This document shows positions 22,648 to 33,135 of a DNA stretch of 64,000 nucleotides, piece after piece. Below the pieces are notes generated by a model, which was not told the origin of the DNA, did not search any database, and saw nothing but the letters and a program-made list of their open reading frames with translations. The translations under genes and the position numbers were made by a program. This DNA is from Candidatus Spongiisociaceae bacterium (GTDB lineage: Bacteria; Actinomycetota; Acidimicrobiia; Spongiisociales; Spongiisociaceae), in assembly GCA_965262915.1 (NCBI GenBank), contig OZ253564.1:2080001-2144000 (forward strand). Direction: 5' to 3'. Position 1 is the stretch's first letter; every line of letters starts with the position of its first letter.

Positions 22648-24286
22648 GTGAAGTACGACCTCGAGACTTTCCGAGGCGACGTGTTCGGCGGCCTGACATC
22701 GGCGGTGGTGGGGCTGCCCTTGGCACTGGCCTTCGGCGTGGTGTCCGGCCTCGGGGCGCTGGCCGGTATGTACGGGGCGATCGCGGTGGGGTTGTTCGCA
22801 GCGGTCTTCGGCGGGACGCGGTCCCAGATATCGGGTCCTACCGGCCCGATGGCGGTGGCGATGGCGGTCATCGTCACCACCTACGCGGAGACCTTGGCCG
22901 AGGCGTTCACGATCGTCATGATGGCGGGTTTGATACAGATACTCCTGGGCGTCATTCGAACCGGTCGTTTCATCGCCTACACGCCTTACTCGGTCATATC
23001 CGGGTTCATGTCCGGCATCGGCGTGATCATCATCCTGTTGCAGACCCTGCCCTTCATGGGTGCGCCTCTCGCCCCGGGCGGGCCGCTCGGAGCGGTACGC
23101 GCCTGGCCGGAGGCGGTGAGCAACTTCGATCTCAGCGCGTTCGCCATCGCCGCTGTCACCCTCGTGGTAGGCGTGACGTGGCCGAAGCGCCATCGCAGGC
23201 GCCTACCGCCCACGCTGGCGGCGCTCATAGCCGGGACGCTGCTGGGCGTGCTCTGGCTGACCGGTACACCGGTCATCGGCGATGTGCCGACCGGCCTTCC
23301 CGACGTGATGTGGCCGGTTCTCTCTCTCGACCTTCTGGTGCGCTCCTTGCAGCCGGCCATGACCCTGGCGCTCCTCGGCTCGATCGACAGCCTCCTCACC
23401 TCTTTGATCGCCGATTCGATGACCCGCACCCGTCACAATCCCGACCGGGAACTGGTGGGCCAAGGGATCGGCAACATAGTCGCGGGCATTGTGGGTGGTC
23501 TGCCCGGCGCCGGGGCACCCTGGGTACGGTGGTTAACCTGCGCGCCGGACCCCGGTCTCGGGGGCGTTGCGCGCCGCGATCCTGCTGGGCCTGGTTCTGG
23601 GTCTCGGCCGCTACGTCAAGGCGATACCCCATGCGGTCCTGGCCGGAATCCTGATGAAGGTGGGTTGGGATATCATCGACTGGCGGTTCCTCACCCCGCA
23701 TCCACCGCGTGCGGCGGGAGCACCTGCTGGTGATGGCGGTCACTCTCGGCCTCACGGTGTTCCTCGATCTAGTCACAGCGGTGGGTCATAGGCCTGATCG
23801 TGGCGGGGATGGTCGCCGCAAGGCAGTTCGAGCGCCTGGAGCTGGACAGCGTGATCTCGGTGCCGCTGCTGGACCATGTGGAGGCATTTCTGCAGAGTGT
23901 CGAGGCGGACGACTTCTCGGCCCGCGTCGGTCTCGTAGCCCTCAGGGGGCTTTCACGGTTGCCTCCTCCAGCAAGATGATCACCACGATCAGGGTGAACA
24001 GTCACAGCGGTGGGTCATAGGCCTGATCCGGGATCACGAGGTGGTCATACTGGACTTCTCAGAGACTGCGTTCATGGACGACAGCGCGGCGTTGGTCGTG
24101 GAGCAGATGATTGATTCCGCCATCGAGGAGGACACCGAGTGCATAGTCATGGGTCTCGGGGGTCAGCCGGCCGACGTGCTCCGCGCTTTGGACGTGCTAC
24201 GGCGTGTTCCCGACGGCCGGATCGCCGTGACCATGGACGACGCGAGGGAGATGGCCCGGCGGATACTCGATGGACGGACCCGGTGA
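22648..24286 (+). pseudogene. SulP-family anion transporter with STAS domain, multiple frameshifts
   Basis: GDVFGG, ISGPTG, GFMSGIG, ELVGQGIGN, VILDFS..FMDDSA spread over several frames; internal 29-bp duplication. Confidence 0.85.
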
Positions 24287-24496
24287 TCTCGTGAGTGGAG
24301 ATCCGGGAGGTGGCGCACGCCGACCCGGATCTTTCCAACCTGACACTTCCGCGCCGGCCCGAGGCTTCGCGGACCTGCCTGGACTGAGCGGGGCTCCACC
24401 TCGATCCACCGGGCGCGACAGTGTACGGTAGGGAAGTTGCTCCCCTGATCGGATGAAACTCTTTCCGCGCTCGCCTCTCTCCCGTCGACCGGCTGC

Positions 24497-25738
24497 GTGC
24501 CCGCCTCTCCGGCACGGTCCCGCGTGACGGGTCGCGACACCAACCCGCTGCGGTCGTTCCGCGAACCCAACGTGCGCATCTACTTCGCGGGGCTGGTCGT
24601 CTCGGGGGCCGGCATGTGGGCGCAGGCGACCGCGGTGGTGCTGCTGGTTCGCGCGCTCGGCGGCGGGGGACTCGAGTTGGGGATCGCCACAGCATGCCAG
24701 TTCCTGCCGCTGTTGTTGCTGGGTCTGTATGCGGGCGCGCTGGCCGACCGGTTGGACCGGCGCCGCCTGACCATCGTCATCCAGGCGCTGATGGCTGTCG
24801 AGGTGACCGTGTTGGGATTGGTGGACCTGGCCGATGCCGAGACGCTTCTGATCGTCTACCTGCTGACGCTGATCTCGGGAACCCTGATGGCGTTCAGCAA
24901 CCCGGCCCGCAGGACCCTCCTGACCGAGCTGGTGCCCGCCGACCAGCTGGCCAACGTGGTGTCGCTCGGCACGTCGGTGATCACGGGATCCCGCATCGCG
25001 GGACCCGCCATCGCCGCCCTGCTGGCCACCAGATTCGGGACCGGTTGGGTGTTCATAGCCACAGGAGTGTCCTACCTGGCCTTCCTGTTCGCCGTGGTCC
25101 GGATCGATACGGGTCGCTTCTATCGGCTCCAGCCGGGGCCTCCGTCCGAGACCCCGATCCGCGACGGTCTACGGGCGGTCTGGGGCCAGCCCTCGGTACG
25201 GGTTGTTCTCGTCCTCTTCGGCATCGTCTCGACTTTTGCCTTCAACTACCTGGTGGGACTCCCGCTACTCGTTGCGGACCGGTTCATGGAGGACGAGGCG
25301 GTGTTCGGGTGGATTCTCTCGGCGATGAGCGTCGGCAACGTGGCAGGGGCTCTCCTGACCGCCCGCCTGACCGATGTCTCCCTCTCGTGGACTTTCGGTT
25401 CTGCCGCCGCGATCGCGCTCTTCCAGGGGGCTCTGGCGCTGGCGCCGGGTACCGCGGCGGCTTTCGTGTTCGCGGTGCCCCTGGGCATGGCCGCGGCCGT
25501 ATTCGTCAACGCCTCCACCGTCGTGATCCAGCAGCGGACCGACCCCCGCATGCGCAGCCGCGTGCTGGCCCTGGCCACCGTGCTGTTCCTCGGCTCGCGA
25601 CCGTTGGGTGGGCCGATCACCGGCATCATCGGGGACACCGCCGGGGCGGTGTGGGCCAACCTCTACGGAGCCGTGATCACCGCTGTGGCACTCGTGGTAG
25701 CCCTGGCGGTTTCCCGAACCGTGCTCGCTCGTCGCTGA
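24497..25738 (+). CDS. MFS transporter
   Basis: GALADRLDRRR motif A; about 12 TM segments. Confidence 0.88.
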   Translation: MPASPARSRVTGRDTNPLRSFREPNVRIYFAGLVVSGAGMWAQATAVVLLVRALGGGGLELGIATACQFLPLLLLGLYAGALADRLDRRRLTIVIQALMAVEVTVLGLVDLADAETLLIVYLLTLISGTLMAFSNPARRTLLTELVPADQLANVVSLGTSVITGSRIAGPAIAALLATRFGTGWVFIATGVSYLAFLFAVVRIDTGRFYRLQPGPPSETPIRDGLRAVWGQPSVRVVLVLFGIVSTFAFNYLVGLPLLVADRFMEDEAVFGWILSAMSVGNVAGALLTARLTDVSLSWTFGSAAAIALFQGALALAPGTAAAFVFAVPLGMAAAVFVNASTVVIQQRTDPRMRSRVLALATVLFLGSRPLGGPITGIIGDTAGAVWANLYGAVITAVALVVALAVSRTVLARR

Positions 25739-25784
25739 GGGAGGACCGGTAACGATTGTGGGGGCAGGACGGTCGAAGAACAGC

Positions 25785-26714
25785 GTGAGGTACGCACTTC
25801 TGTTTCCGGGGCAGGGAAGCCAGCAGGTCGGGATGGGCGCCGATCTGTTCGACAGCCAAACGGATCTCCTGGCCGGGGTGTCCGACCGGATCCTCGGGTG
25901 GTCGTTGAGAGAGGTGTGCACGGAGGGTCCTCAGGAGTTGCTGACCGCCACCGACCGGGCCCAGCCCGCCCTGTACGCACTCGCATTCGCCCTGTGGTCG
26001 GAGTTGGCCGCCCGCCTGCGCCGCCCGCCTGTCGCGGCGGCCGGGCATTCCCTCGGCGAGTACACGGCGCTCGCCGCGGCGGGTGTGTTCTCCTTCGAGG
26101 AGGGTCTGAGGTTGGTGGATTCCAGGGCCCGGGCAATGGCGGACGCGGTGAGGATGGAAGAGTCCGGGATGGCCGCGGTGCTGGGGGCCACCGAGGAGCA
26201 GGCCGAGGAGGTGGCCTCCGCCCGCCGCGCAGCTGGGGGACGCCTGTGGGTGGCCAACATCAACGCACCCGGCCAGATCGTCCTGGCGGGGGCTCTCGCG
26301 GACGTCGACTGGTTGGTGGCCGGTGCACGGCGACTCGGTCTCCGGCGTGCCGTGAAGCTCGATGTGGCGGGTGCTTTCCATTCCCCGCTGATGGCCCCGG
26401 CGGTACCTCGGATAGAGGCGGCGCTGGAGGGGGTCGAGCCGAATATGGCGCGCTTCCCGGTGTGGGCCAATGTGACCGGAACTCCGGTGGCCCCCGGAGA
26501 GGTACGCGGTCTCCTCGCCCGCCAAGTGGTGGCGCCGGTACGATTCGCCGCCTCGCTTCGGTCGATGGTCGAGGCAGGTGTCGAGGTGTTCGTCCATGTC
26601 GGGCCGGGCGATGTGACGGCCGGACTGGCCCGGCGGGCGGTGCGGGGATGCCGGGTCATGGTGGTTTCGTCCATAGCCCAAGCCGAGAAAGCCGCCGGGT
26701 TGCTCGAGTTGTAG
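25785..26714 (+). CDS. fabD: Malonyl-CoA:ACP transacylase
   Basis: FPGQGSQ, GHSLGE, GAFHS. Confidence 0.94.
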   Translation: MRYALLFPGQGSQQVGMGADLFDSQTDLLAGVSDRILGWSLREVCTEGPQELLTATDRAQPALYALAFALWSELAARLRRPPVAAAGHSLGEYTALAAAGVFSFEEGLRLVDSRARAMADAVRMEESGMAAVLGATEEQAEEVASARRAAGGRLWVANINAPGQIVLAGALADVDWLVAGARRLGLRRAVKLDVAGAFHSPLMAPAVPRIEAALEGVEPNMARFPVWANVTGTPVAPGEVRGLLARQVVAPVRFAASLRSMVEAGVEVFVHVGPGDVTAGLARRAVRGCRVMVVSSIAQAEKAAGLLEL

Positions 26715-26785
26715 GCCTTGGGCCATCCTCCAATACAATGAGGGGTGGGCAGGCAACCGAGGAAGTAGGAGGAGAGGCAGGAGCC

Positions 26786-27865
26786 GTGGCACGTTACGCC
26801 GAGATCACCGGCTGGGGCAAAGCCCTGCCACCCACGGTGCTTACCAACGCCGACCTTGAGTTGATCGTCGACACCAGCGACAACTGGATCACCACGCGCA
26901 GCGGGATCAAGGAGCGCCGCATCTCCCACGTGGCGGCGTCCGACATGGCGGAACTGGCCGCCCGGCGCGCGGTGGCGGCCGCGGGGATCGATATCGATTC
27001 GGTGGACCTGATCGTCAACGCCACCTGTACCCCCGAATCGATCATTCCCGCCTCCGCTTCCTATGTCCAGGCCAAGCTCGGGGCGGTCAACGCCGGCGCC
27101 ATGGACCTGAATGCGAACTGCTCCGGGTTCGTATACGGGTACGTCACCGTGGATGCGTTGGTCAGATCGGGAGCAGCCGACACCGTCGTGCTGGTCGGGG
27201 TGGAACGTCTCAGTTGGGTGATGGACTATACGGACCGCGGTACCTGCATCCTGTTCGGCGACGGAGCCGGCGCGGTGGTGATGCAGGCGACCGATCTGGA
27301 GACGGGAGTTCTCGGGTCCGTGTTGGGGGTGGATGGGACGATGGCCGACATCCTTTGCGTCCCGAACGACGGGACGGTCCGGCCCGGATCGGCGGGTCCC
27401 GAAACCAGGATCGTGATGGAGGGATCGGACGTATTCCGGCGCGCGGTCACCGCCATGGCCGACGCCTCCGAGTCTGTGGTGCGCCAGGCCGGATGGGAAG
27501 TCGACGACATCGATCTCCTGGTGCCCCACCAGGCCAACCAGCGGATCATCGACGCCACCGCCCGACGCCTCAAGCTGGACCCGTCCAGAGTGTTCCTCAA
27601 CATCCACGCATACGGCAACACGAGCGCCGCCACCATCCCCATCGCCCTGACCGAAGCCATCGAGACCGGCCGGGTGCCGCCTCGCGCCAACCTGCTATTC
27701 GCAGCCTTCGGTGGGGGGCTCACGTGGGCGGCGGCGGCGGTCAGGTTCGGCGAGCGGGTGGAGCCCGTGAGCGAGGCGGAGGGGGAGCTGCCCGCGACCG
27801 ACCAGTCGGTGTGGGACCTGCTCCAGCCCAACTTCGACTACTTCGGGAGGATGGGGCTTACATGA
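26786..27865 (+). CDS. fabH: 3-oxoacyl-ACP synthase III
   Basis: [25 protein letters not shown]. Confidence 0.94.
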   Translation: MARYAEITGWGKALPPTVLTNADLELIVDTSDNWITTRSGIKERRISHVAASDMAELAARRAVAAAGIDIDSVDLIVNATCTPESIIPASASYVQAKLGAVNAGAMDLNANCSGFVYGYVTVDALVRSGAADTVVLVGVERLSWVMDYTDRGTCILFGDGAGAVVMQATDLETGVLGSVLGVDGTMADILCVPNDGTVRPGSAGPETRIVMEGSDVFRRAVTAMADASESVVRQAGWEVDDIDLLVPHQANQRIIDATARRLKLDPSRVFLNIHAYGNTSAATIPIALTEAIETGRVPPRANLLFAAFGGGLTWAAAAVRFGERVEPVSEAEGELPATDQSVWDLLQPNFDYFGRMGLT

Positions 27866-28596
27866 GCCGGGTGGTCCTGGTCACCGGCGGTTCCCGAGGG
27901 ATCGGTCGGGCTGTTTCGCTGAACCTCGCGGCCCGGGGACACACGGTGGCGGTCAACTACGCGGCAAGGCAGGACGCGGCCGCTGAAGTAGTGGAGGAGA
28001 TTCTCGCCGGCGGCGGGGAGGCGGGCGCTTTCAAGGCGGATGTCAGCCGATCCGAAGACGTGGCGAGCCTGTTTGCGAGGGTCGCCGAGACCTTCGGCAG
28101 GCCGGAGATACTGATCAACAACGCAGGGACTACCGCGGACGGTCTTCTGGCCCGGCTCGACGAGGCGGCTTGGGACCGGATCATGAACATAAACCTCAAG
28201 TCCGTCTACCTGTGCAGCAAGGCCGCGCTTCGGGGGATGCTGCGGGCCCGGTGGGGGAGGATCGTGTCGCTCGGCTCGGTGGCCGGGGTGTCCGGCAACG
28301 CCGGCCAGACCAACTACGCGGCCTCCAAGGCCGGTGTCATCGCCTTCTCCAAGTCCCTCTCCAAAGAGGTCGGCTCCCGGGGTATTACCGTGAATGTCGT
28401 AGCTCCCGGGTTCATCGAGACCGATCTCACCTCAAGGTTGGGGACAGGCATCGTCGAGCGGGTACGCTCAAGCACGAGCCTCGGCCGGCTCGGTCGGCCC
28501 GGAGAGGTTGCGTCGGCCGTCGGGTACCTGGCATCGGACGAAGCGTCATTCATAACGGGGCAGGTTCTGGTGGTCGACGGTGGACTCGCCCTGTGA
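27862..28596 (+). CDS. fabG: 3-oxoacyl-ACP reductase
   Basis: [17 protein letters not shown]. Confidence 0.93.
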   Translation: MSRVVLVTGGSRGIGRAVSLNLAARGHTVAVNYAARQDAAAEVVEEILAGGGEAGAFKADVSRSEDVASLFARVAETFGRPEILINNAGTTADGLLARLDEAAWDRIMNINLKSVYLCSKAALRGMLRARWGRIVSLGSVAGVSGNAGQTNYAASKAGVIAFSKSLSKEVGSRGITVNVVAPGFIETDLTSRLGTGIVERVRSSTSLGRLGRPGEVASAVGYLASDEASFITGQVLVVDGGLAL

Positions 28597-28638
28597 GTCG
28601 AGACCTTTGAACTAAAGCACACCAAGGGAGAAAGCAAG

Positions 28639-28881
28639 ATGGATCGCTCGGAAGTCCAGTCCAAGATGCGGGAGCTGCTTGTGGAGGAACTCGGCCTCGA
28701 TGCCTCCAAGATCAACGACGGGGCACGGTTCGAAGAAGACCTGGAGGTGGATTCTCTGGGTGTCGTGGAGCTACTGATGGCGCTCGAGGACGAGTTCGGG
28801 GTGAGGATTCCCGACGAGGAAGCCGAGAACATCACCGCGGTCGGCGAAGCGGTCGACTTGGTGCTCGCCAAGCTCTCCTAG
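28639..28881 (+). CDS. acpP: Acyl carrier protein
   Basis: DLEVDSL...LEDEFG. Confidence 0.95.
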   Translation: MDRSEVQSKMRELLVEELGLDASKINDGARFEEDLEVDSLGVVELLMALEDEFGVRIPDEEAENITAVGEAVDLVLAKLS

Positions 28882-28980
28882 GAGGGTGGTCTAAAACGGT
28901 GGGGAGCAACGGCCCGTCTTCCTCTGAACAGGCATTATGTCATCGGTCGACGGCCCGTGAAGGGGTTTCACACCATCCTC
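28882..28980. mobile_element. MITE family 2, complete 99-bp copy
   Basis: CTAG-GAGGGTGGT...ACCATCCTC-CTAG; homologous to 35127-35229 and 59371-59475. Confidence 0.75.
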
Positions 28981-29148
28981 CTAGTGGTCTGGCTGTGAAA
29001 AGGCTGCGTGGTATGCGTCGGCAGCGGCGTTCCTCGCAAGGCCCGCCGACGAAGGCGTACCGGCAGCGTACGTCGAGGAGGCGGAACACAGCGAGGGGCG
29101 TCGATGGCTGCCAGAGCACGCCAAGTTGTTTTGCAGACAGACCACTGG
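28981..29148. mobile_element. MITE family 1, longest copy
   Basis: CTAG-TGGTCTGGCTGTGAAAA...TTTTGCAGACAGACCA-CTGG imperfect TIR; homologues at 33800, 36309, 59861. Confidence 0.75.
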
Positions 29149-29172
29149 CCGGATTCGTCTCGGGAACAATCG

Positions 29173-30429
29173 ATGCGTGAAAAGGCGCGCCGGGTGGTGG
29201 TCACCGGAATGGGGGCTCTCACCCCCTTGGGCCACACGGTCGGCGAAGCATGGAAAGCCGCCGTGGCGGGGGTCTCCGGGATAGGACCCATCACCCAGTT
29301 CGATCCTTCCGGTGTGGAGACGTCCTTCGCCGGGGAGGTCAGGGGGTGGGATCCGGAATCGGTGATCATCAGGCGGGAGGCCCGGCGCCTCGACCGCTCC
29401 GCCCAGCTCTTCATCGGGGCTGCCCAGCAGGCGATGGACGACGCCGGTATGGACTTTGTCGGCGATGCCGAGGATGCGGACCGGGCCGGGGTGGTGGTCG
29501 GCTCCGGTCTGGGCGGGATGCTGTCGTTCGACAACCAGATCAAGGTGATGATGAGCCGGGGCGCACGCCGGATCAGTCCCCTCGCCGTCACCATGATCAT
29601 TCCCAACGAGGCCGCAGGGGTGGCGTCGATCCGGTTCAACATGCGGGGGCCGGTGACCTGCGTGGTGACGGCCTGCGCCGCATCGGCCAACGCCATCGGG
29701 GACGCGGCCGAGATCATCCGTCGCGGAGCAGCCGATGTCATGCTGGCGGGCGGCGCCGAGGCGACGATCTGCGAGTTCGGAATCGGATCGTTCAACAAGA
29801 GCCGGGCGCTCAGCACCCGGAACGACGATCCCGCCCGGGCCTCCCGGCCCTTCGACCGGGACCGGGACGGGTTCGTGATGTCGGAGGGAGGCGCTTGCCT
29901 GATTCTCGAGGACCGGGAGCGAGCCGTGGCGCGGGGTGCTCGGGTCTACGGCGAGGTGATCGGATACGGCATGACGTCGGATGCCTTCCACGTCACCCTG
30001 CCGAAGCCCGGCGGCCGGGGCGCGGCCAGAGCGATGGAGGCGGCCCTCGATGACGCCGGCCTCCGACCGGAGCAGGTCGACTACATAAACGCCCACGGCA
30101 CCTCGACCAAGGCCAACGACGTCACCGAAACGCTGGCGATCAAGCTGGCGCTGGGTGACAGAGCGGCCCGGGCGGTCCCGATCTCGTCCACCAAGTCGAT
30201 GAGCGGGCATCTGATGGGGGGTGCGGGGGCCATCGAATCGATCTTCTGCCTCCAGACGATCAACTCGGGCTTGATACTCCCGACGATCAACTACACCACG
30301 CCGGACCCCGAGTGCGATCTCGACTACGTGCCCAACGAGGCACGCGAGGCGCAGGTCGAATACGCCATGACCAACTCGTTCGGCTTCGGGGGGCACAACG
30401 TCTCGCTGATTTTCGGACCCGGGTCGTAG
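29173..30429 (+). CDS. fabF: 3-oxoacyl-ACP synthase II
   Basis: RVVVTG, TACAAS, NAHGTST, GHLMGGAG, NSFGFGGHN. Confidence 0.95.
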   Translation: MREKARRVVVTGMGALTPLGHTVGEAWKAAVAGVSGIGPITQFDPSGVETSFAGEVRGWDPESVIIRREARRLDRSAQLFIGAAQQAMDDAGMDFVGDAEDADRAGVVVGSGLGGMLSFDNQIKVMMSRGARRISPLAVTMIIPNEAAGVASIRFNMRGPVTCVVTACAASANAIGDAAEIIRRGAADVMLAGGAEATICEFGIGSFNKSRALSTRNDDPARASRPFDRDRDGFVMSEGGACLILEDRERAVARGARVYGEVIGYGMTSDAFHVTLPKPGGRGAARAMEAALDDAGLRPEQVDYINAHGTSTKANDVTETLAIKLALGDRAARAVPISSTKSMSGHLMGGAGAIESIFCLQTINSGLILPTINYTTPDPECDLDYVPNEAREAQVEYAMTNSFGFGGHNVSLIFGPGS

Positions 30430-30475
30430 CCGGCGGTTGCCGGCAGCCGCTTGTTGGTGTGGCGATGCGGCTGGG

Positions 30476-30727
30476 TCAGGAGTCGTCGTCGTGTTCGGGA
30501 GCAGGGCTGCGGGTGGTGCCGACGGTGAGCAGGAGTCCGAGGACCGTGACGAGCGCCGCCAGGCCCAGAAGGATTCCCAGGACGAGGGGGATCCTTCCCA
30601 GCAGGGCGCCGACGCCGAGGGTGACCATGCCGAGTATCAGGGTGGCCGTTCCCCCCAGGACCAGCCCGACCAATCCGAAGTCGGCCAGGGAACCCGAATC
30701 CGGCGCCTTCGATCTCCCGAGGTTCAT
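30476..30727 (-). CDS. Small membrane protein
   Basis: Two hydrophobic segments; ATGA overlap with the upstream ORF. Confidence 0.6.
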   Translation of the reverse strand: MNLGRSKAPDSGSLADFGLVGLVLGGTATLILGMVTLGVGALLGRIPLVLGILLGLAALVTVLGLLLTVGTTRSPAPEHDDDS

Positions 30728-31014
30728 TCCTCGCCGGCGGTCTCGTCGTGGCCGGAGGAGAACCTGCCTTCCGCTCCGCTCTCCGCACCGGCCTCCCACT
30801 CCCGCCACTCGTGCAGGGAGCGGTCGGCCAGCACGACGACGATTCCCACGCCGGCGGCCGCAACCAGCCCCGAGACCAGGCCGACCGCCACGTTGGAGAA
30901 CAGTGTGCAGGTGCTACCGGCACACCCCACCCGAGCGACCGTCCATCCGATGAAGCCACCCGCGAAGCCGGCCGCCAGTACCGGTATCAGGAAGCTGTAG
31001 CGAGGACGGAGCAT
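30724..31014 (-). CDS. Small membrane protein
   Basis: 2 TM segments; operon-like packing. Confidence 0.65.
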   Translation of the reverse strand: MLRPRYSFLIPVLAAGFAGGFIGWTVARVGCAGSTCTLFSNVAVGLVSGLVAAAGVGIVVVLADRSLHEWREWEAGAESGAEGRFSSGHDETAGEE

Positions 31015-31015
31015 T

Positions 31016-31777
31016 TCAGTCGGACCTTTTCAGAGGGCGACCGCGCCTGTCGTAGCTGGCCGATTCCATGACGCCTGGAGGTGTGACCTCGGGAAGGATC
31101 GACACCGGGCTCGCCTGGCGCGGGATGGGAGGCCGGACGGCCAGGCGGGCGTCCGAGGACCATGCCAGGAGGGTGAGGGCCGAAGCGACGGCGAGTACTG
31201 CGGCGGCGGCGGCGAGCCGGAGGCCCACGACCGAGACGATGCCCAACGGTAGGAGCACCACCCGGACCGCCCAGAGGGCACCCGGGAGTGCCCGGGCGTA
31301 GGCCCATCCCCCCAGGAGTCCGAATGCGGCCATCACCCATCCTGCTGCCGTAACGTCCGGTATCCCCAGACCGCCCACAACCGCCGGTAGCCAGACGAGT
31401 CCGATGGCCAGTGAGGTGGCCCTGGCGGGAACCCGATCCGGCTTGACCTGCCGGAACCATCCGTCCAGCAGCCGGGTCCAGGCCATGGCCACCCCGATCA
31501 GATGGGTTACGAACGCCGCCACCCACAGCGGGTCGGTCGGTAGCAGTATCGCCGGTACAGCCCAGCCGGAGCCGATCACCGTGATCGAATTGCGCACCCA
31601 TCGCCCGGGCTGCAGGAGCATCGCCACCACATTCACCGCAGTCGCCAGGAGCAGGCCGACTGCCAGCAGCGCGGCGCCTTGCGTTCCCCAAGGCGACGAT
31701 CCGAACAGAAGCCGGCCGGTCCAGAGAAGGCTGCCGACGAGGATGAGGGCTGCCGAGGCGGGAACCATGTGTGGCAT
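31016..31777 (-). CDS. Multi-pass membrane protein
   Basis: Several TM segments; 1-bp spacing to the next ORF. Confidence 0.7.
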   Translation of the reverse strand: MPHMVPASAALILVGSLLWTGRLLFGSSPWGTQGAALLAVGLLLATAVNVVAMLLQPGRWVRNSITVIGSGWAVPAILLPTDPLWVAAFVTHLIGVAMAWTRLLDGWFRQVKPDRVPARATSLAIGLVWLPAVVGGLGIPDVTAAGWVMAAFGLLGGWAYARALPGALWAVRVVLLPLGIVSVVGLRLAAAAAVLAVASALTLLAWSSDARLAVRPPIPRQASPVSILPEVTPPGVMESASYDRRGRPLKRSD

Positions 31778-31824
31778 CCCCCCATTGTGGCGCGAAGGCC
31801 GCGTCGTGAGAAGCCGGCGGTACG

Positions 31825-32391
31825 ATGGTGAAGGTGTTTGGTAGTGGCGAGGCCCCGTGGCCGGGGGAGGCGGTGTTCTGTTCCGACTGCGGGACGCGCC
31901 TGCGGCGCACCCGGCTGTACGGCCGCGAGCGAGGATCGTGTCCTGACTGCGGCCGGGTCGACTTCCGGTCTCCGTCCCTTGCCGTGGCGGTCCTGCTGCG
32001 CGACGACGAGGATCGCATCCTGATGGTCAAGCGGGGACCCGGATCCTCGCGTCCCGGCCTATGGTCGATCCCGGCCGGTTACATGGACTACGGCGAGGAA
32101 GTGCGCGCGGCCGCCGCCCGGGAGTTGATTGAGGAGACCGGCCTGGTCGTCGAGGTCGGGGATCCGGTATTCGTGGCCACCAACTTCCACGACCCGCTCA
32201 AGGTCAGCGTGTGCATCTGGTTCTCGGGCACTGTTGTAGGAGGCGATCCCGTCCCCGGATCGGACGCCGTGGATCTCGGGTGGTTCGCCCTGGACGATCT
32301 CCCCGAACTTGCTTTCGATACCGACACCGCCCTCATCGAGCGGATGAGAAAAGACAGCATTGTAAGAGAAGAGGAGCGGAACCGGAGGTGA
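31825..32391 (+). CDS. NUDIX hydrolase with zinc ribbon
   Basis: FCSDCG...CPDCG; GYMDYGEEVRAAAARELIEETGL Nudix box. Confidence 0.9.
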   Translation: MVKVFGSGEAPWPGEAVFCSDCGTRLRRTRLYGRERGSCPDCGRVDFRSPSLAVAVLLRDDEDRILMVKRGPGSSRPGLWSIPAGYMDYGEEVRAAAARELIEETGLVVEVGDPVFVATNFHDPLKVSVCIWFSGTVVGGDPVPGSDAVDLGWFALDDLPELAFDTDTALIERMRKDSIVREEERNRR

Positions 32392-32434
32392 GAAGGCGGA
32401 GCCGGAGCTACCTTCGGCTCGGCGGAGGTGATAC

Positions 32435-33055
32435 GTGCTGAAGGGGAGGGCTTCCCGTCTGGCATGGGGAGCGGTTCTCCTCGCGATCTTCTCATCGTGC
32501 CAGGACGTGGAGGGAGCCTATCCTGCCCCGAGGCGCCCCGGGGTCGCCCGTTCTGCTTCCGTCCCGTGCCAAGGCGCGGTCCTCGATGTCTCGGCGGCGC
32601 CGGATCACGATCCTTGGGACGTACCCGCCGATCCGGAGTTGCACATCATCGGTGGGATCGCCGCGCTCAGGACCGGCGAGAGCTCCGGCCATGTGCACCA
32701 GGTGGCCAGATGGAGTTACGTCGAGGATGGGACGATCGAGTTTCCGGAAGACCCGACGCTGGGCCTCTTCTCGAAGATGCCGCTTTTCGTCCGTAGGGCC
32801 GCGGTCTTCGAGCTCCTGGTACCTGAGAGTTTCCGTGATCGGGTCGCCATCGGATTCGGCTCGTCCGGCCCCTCTCTTGCCTTGGCGGTAGGTCCATGTG
32901 ACTCCGAGAGGGAGTGGCTCGTATTCACCGGAGGGGTCTGGCTCCCGGAACCAGAGTGCATAACGCTGCAAGCGGTGCTGCAGAACGGCATGACAGAGCC
33001 GATCCACCTGGGCGTCGGCGCGCCCTGCCCCGGACAACAGCCTCCGGTGACCTGA
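32435..33055 (+). CDS. Putative lipoprotein
   Basis: Basic N-terminus, hydrophobic stretch, FSSC lipobox-like site. Confidence 0.55.
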   Translation: MLKGRASRLAWGAVLLAIFSSCQDVEGAYPAPRRPGVARSASVPCQGAVLDVSAAPDHDPWDVPADPELHIIGGIAALRTGESSGHVHQVARWSYVEDGTIEFPEDPTLGLFSKMPLFVRRAAVFELLVPESFRDRVAIGFGSSGPSLALAVGPCDSEREWLVFTGGVWLPEPECITLQAVLQNGMTEPIHLGVGAPCPGQQPPVT

Positions 33056-33135
33056 CCCCGACACATGCGCGGCGGCGCCCTCCACCGGAGCGCCGATCCC
33101 TCCCTACCGACGGGCCCAGTCGGCCACCGGCCGCA

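Noticed and set aside
25898-27865. 655-aa extended FabH (also extended FabG 27214-28596 and FabF 29008-30429)
   Set aside because: The extensions overlap upstream genes or MITEs in other frames; better starts exist at 26786, 27862 and 29173.
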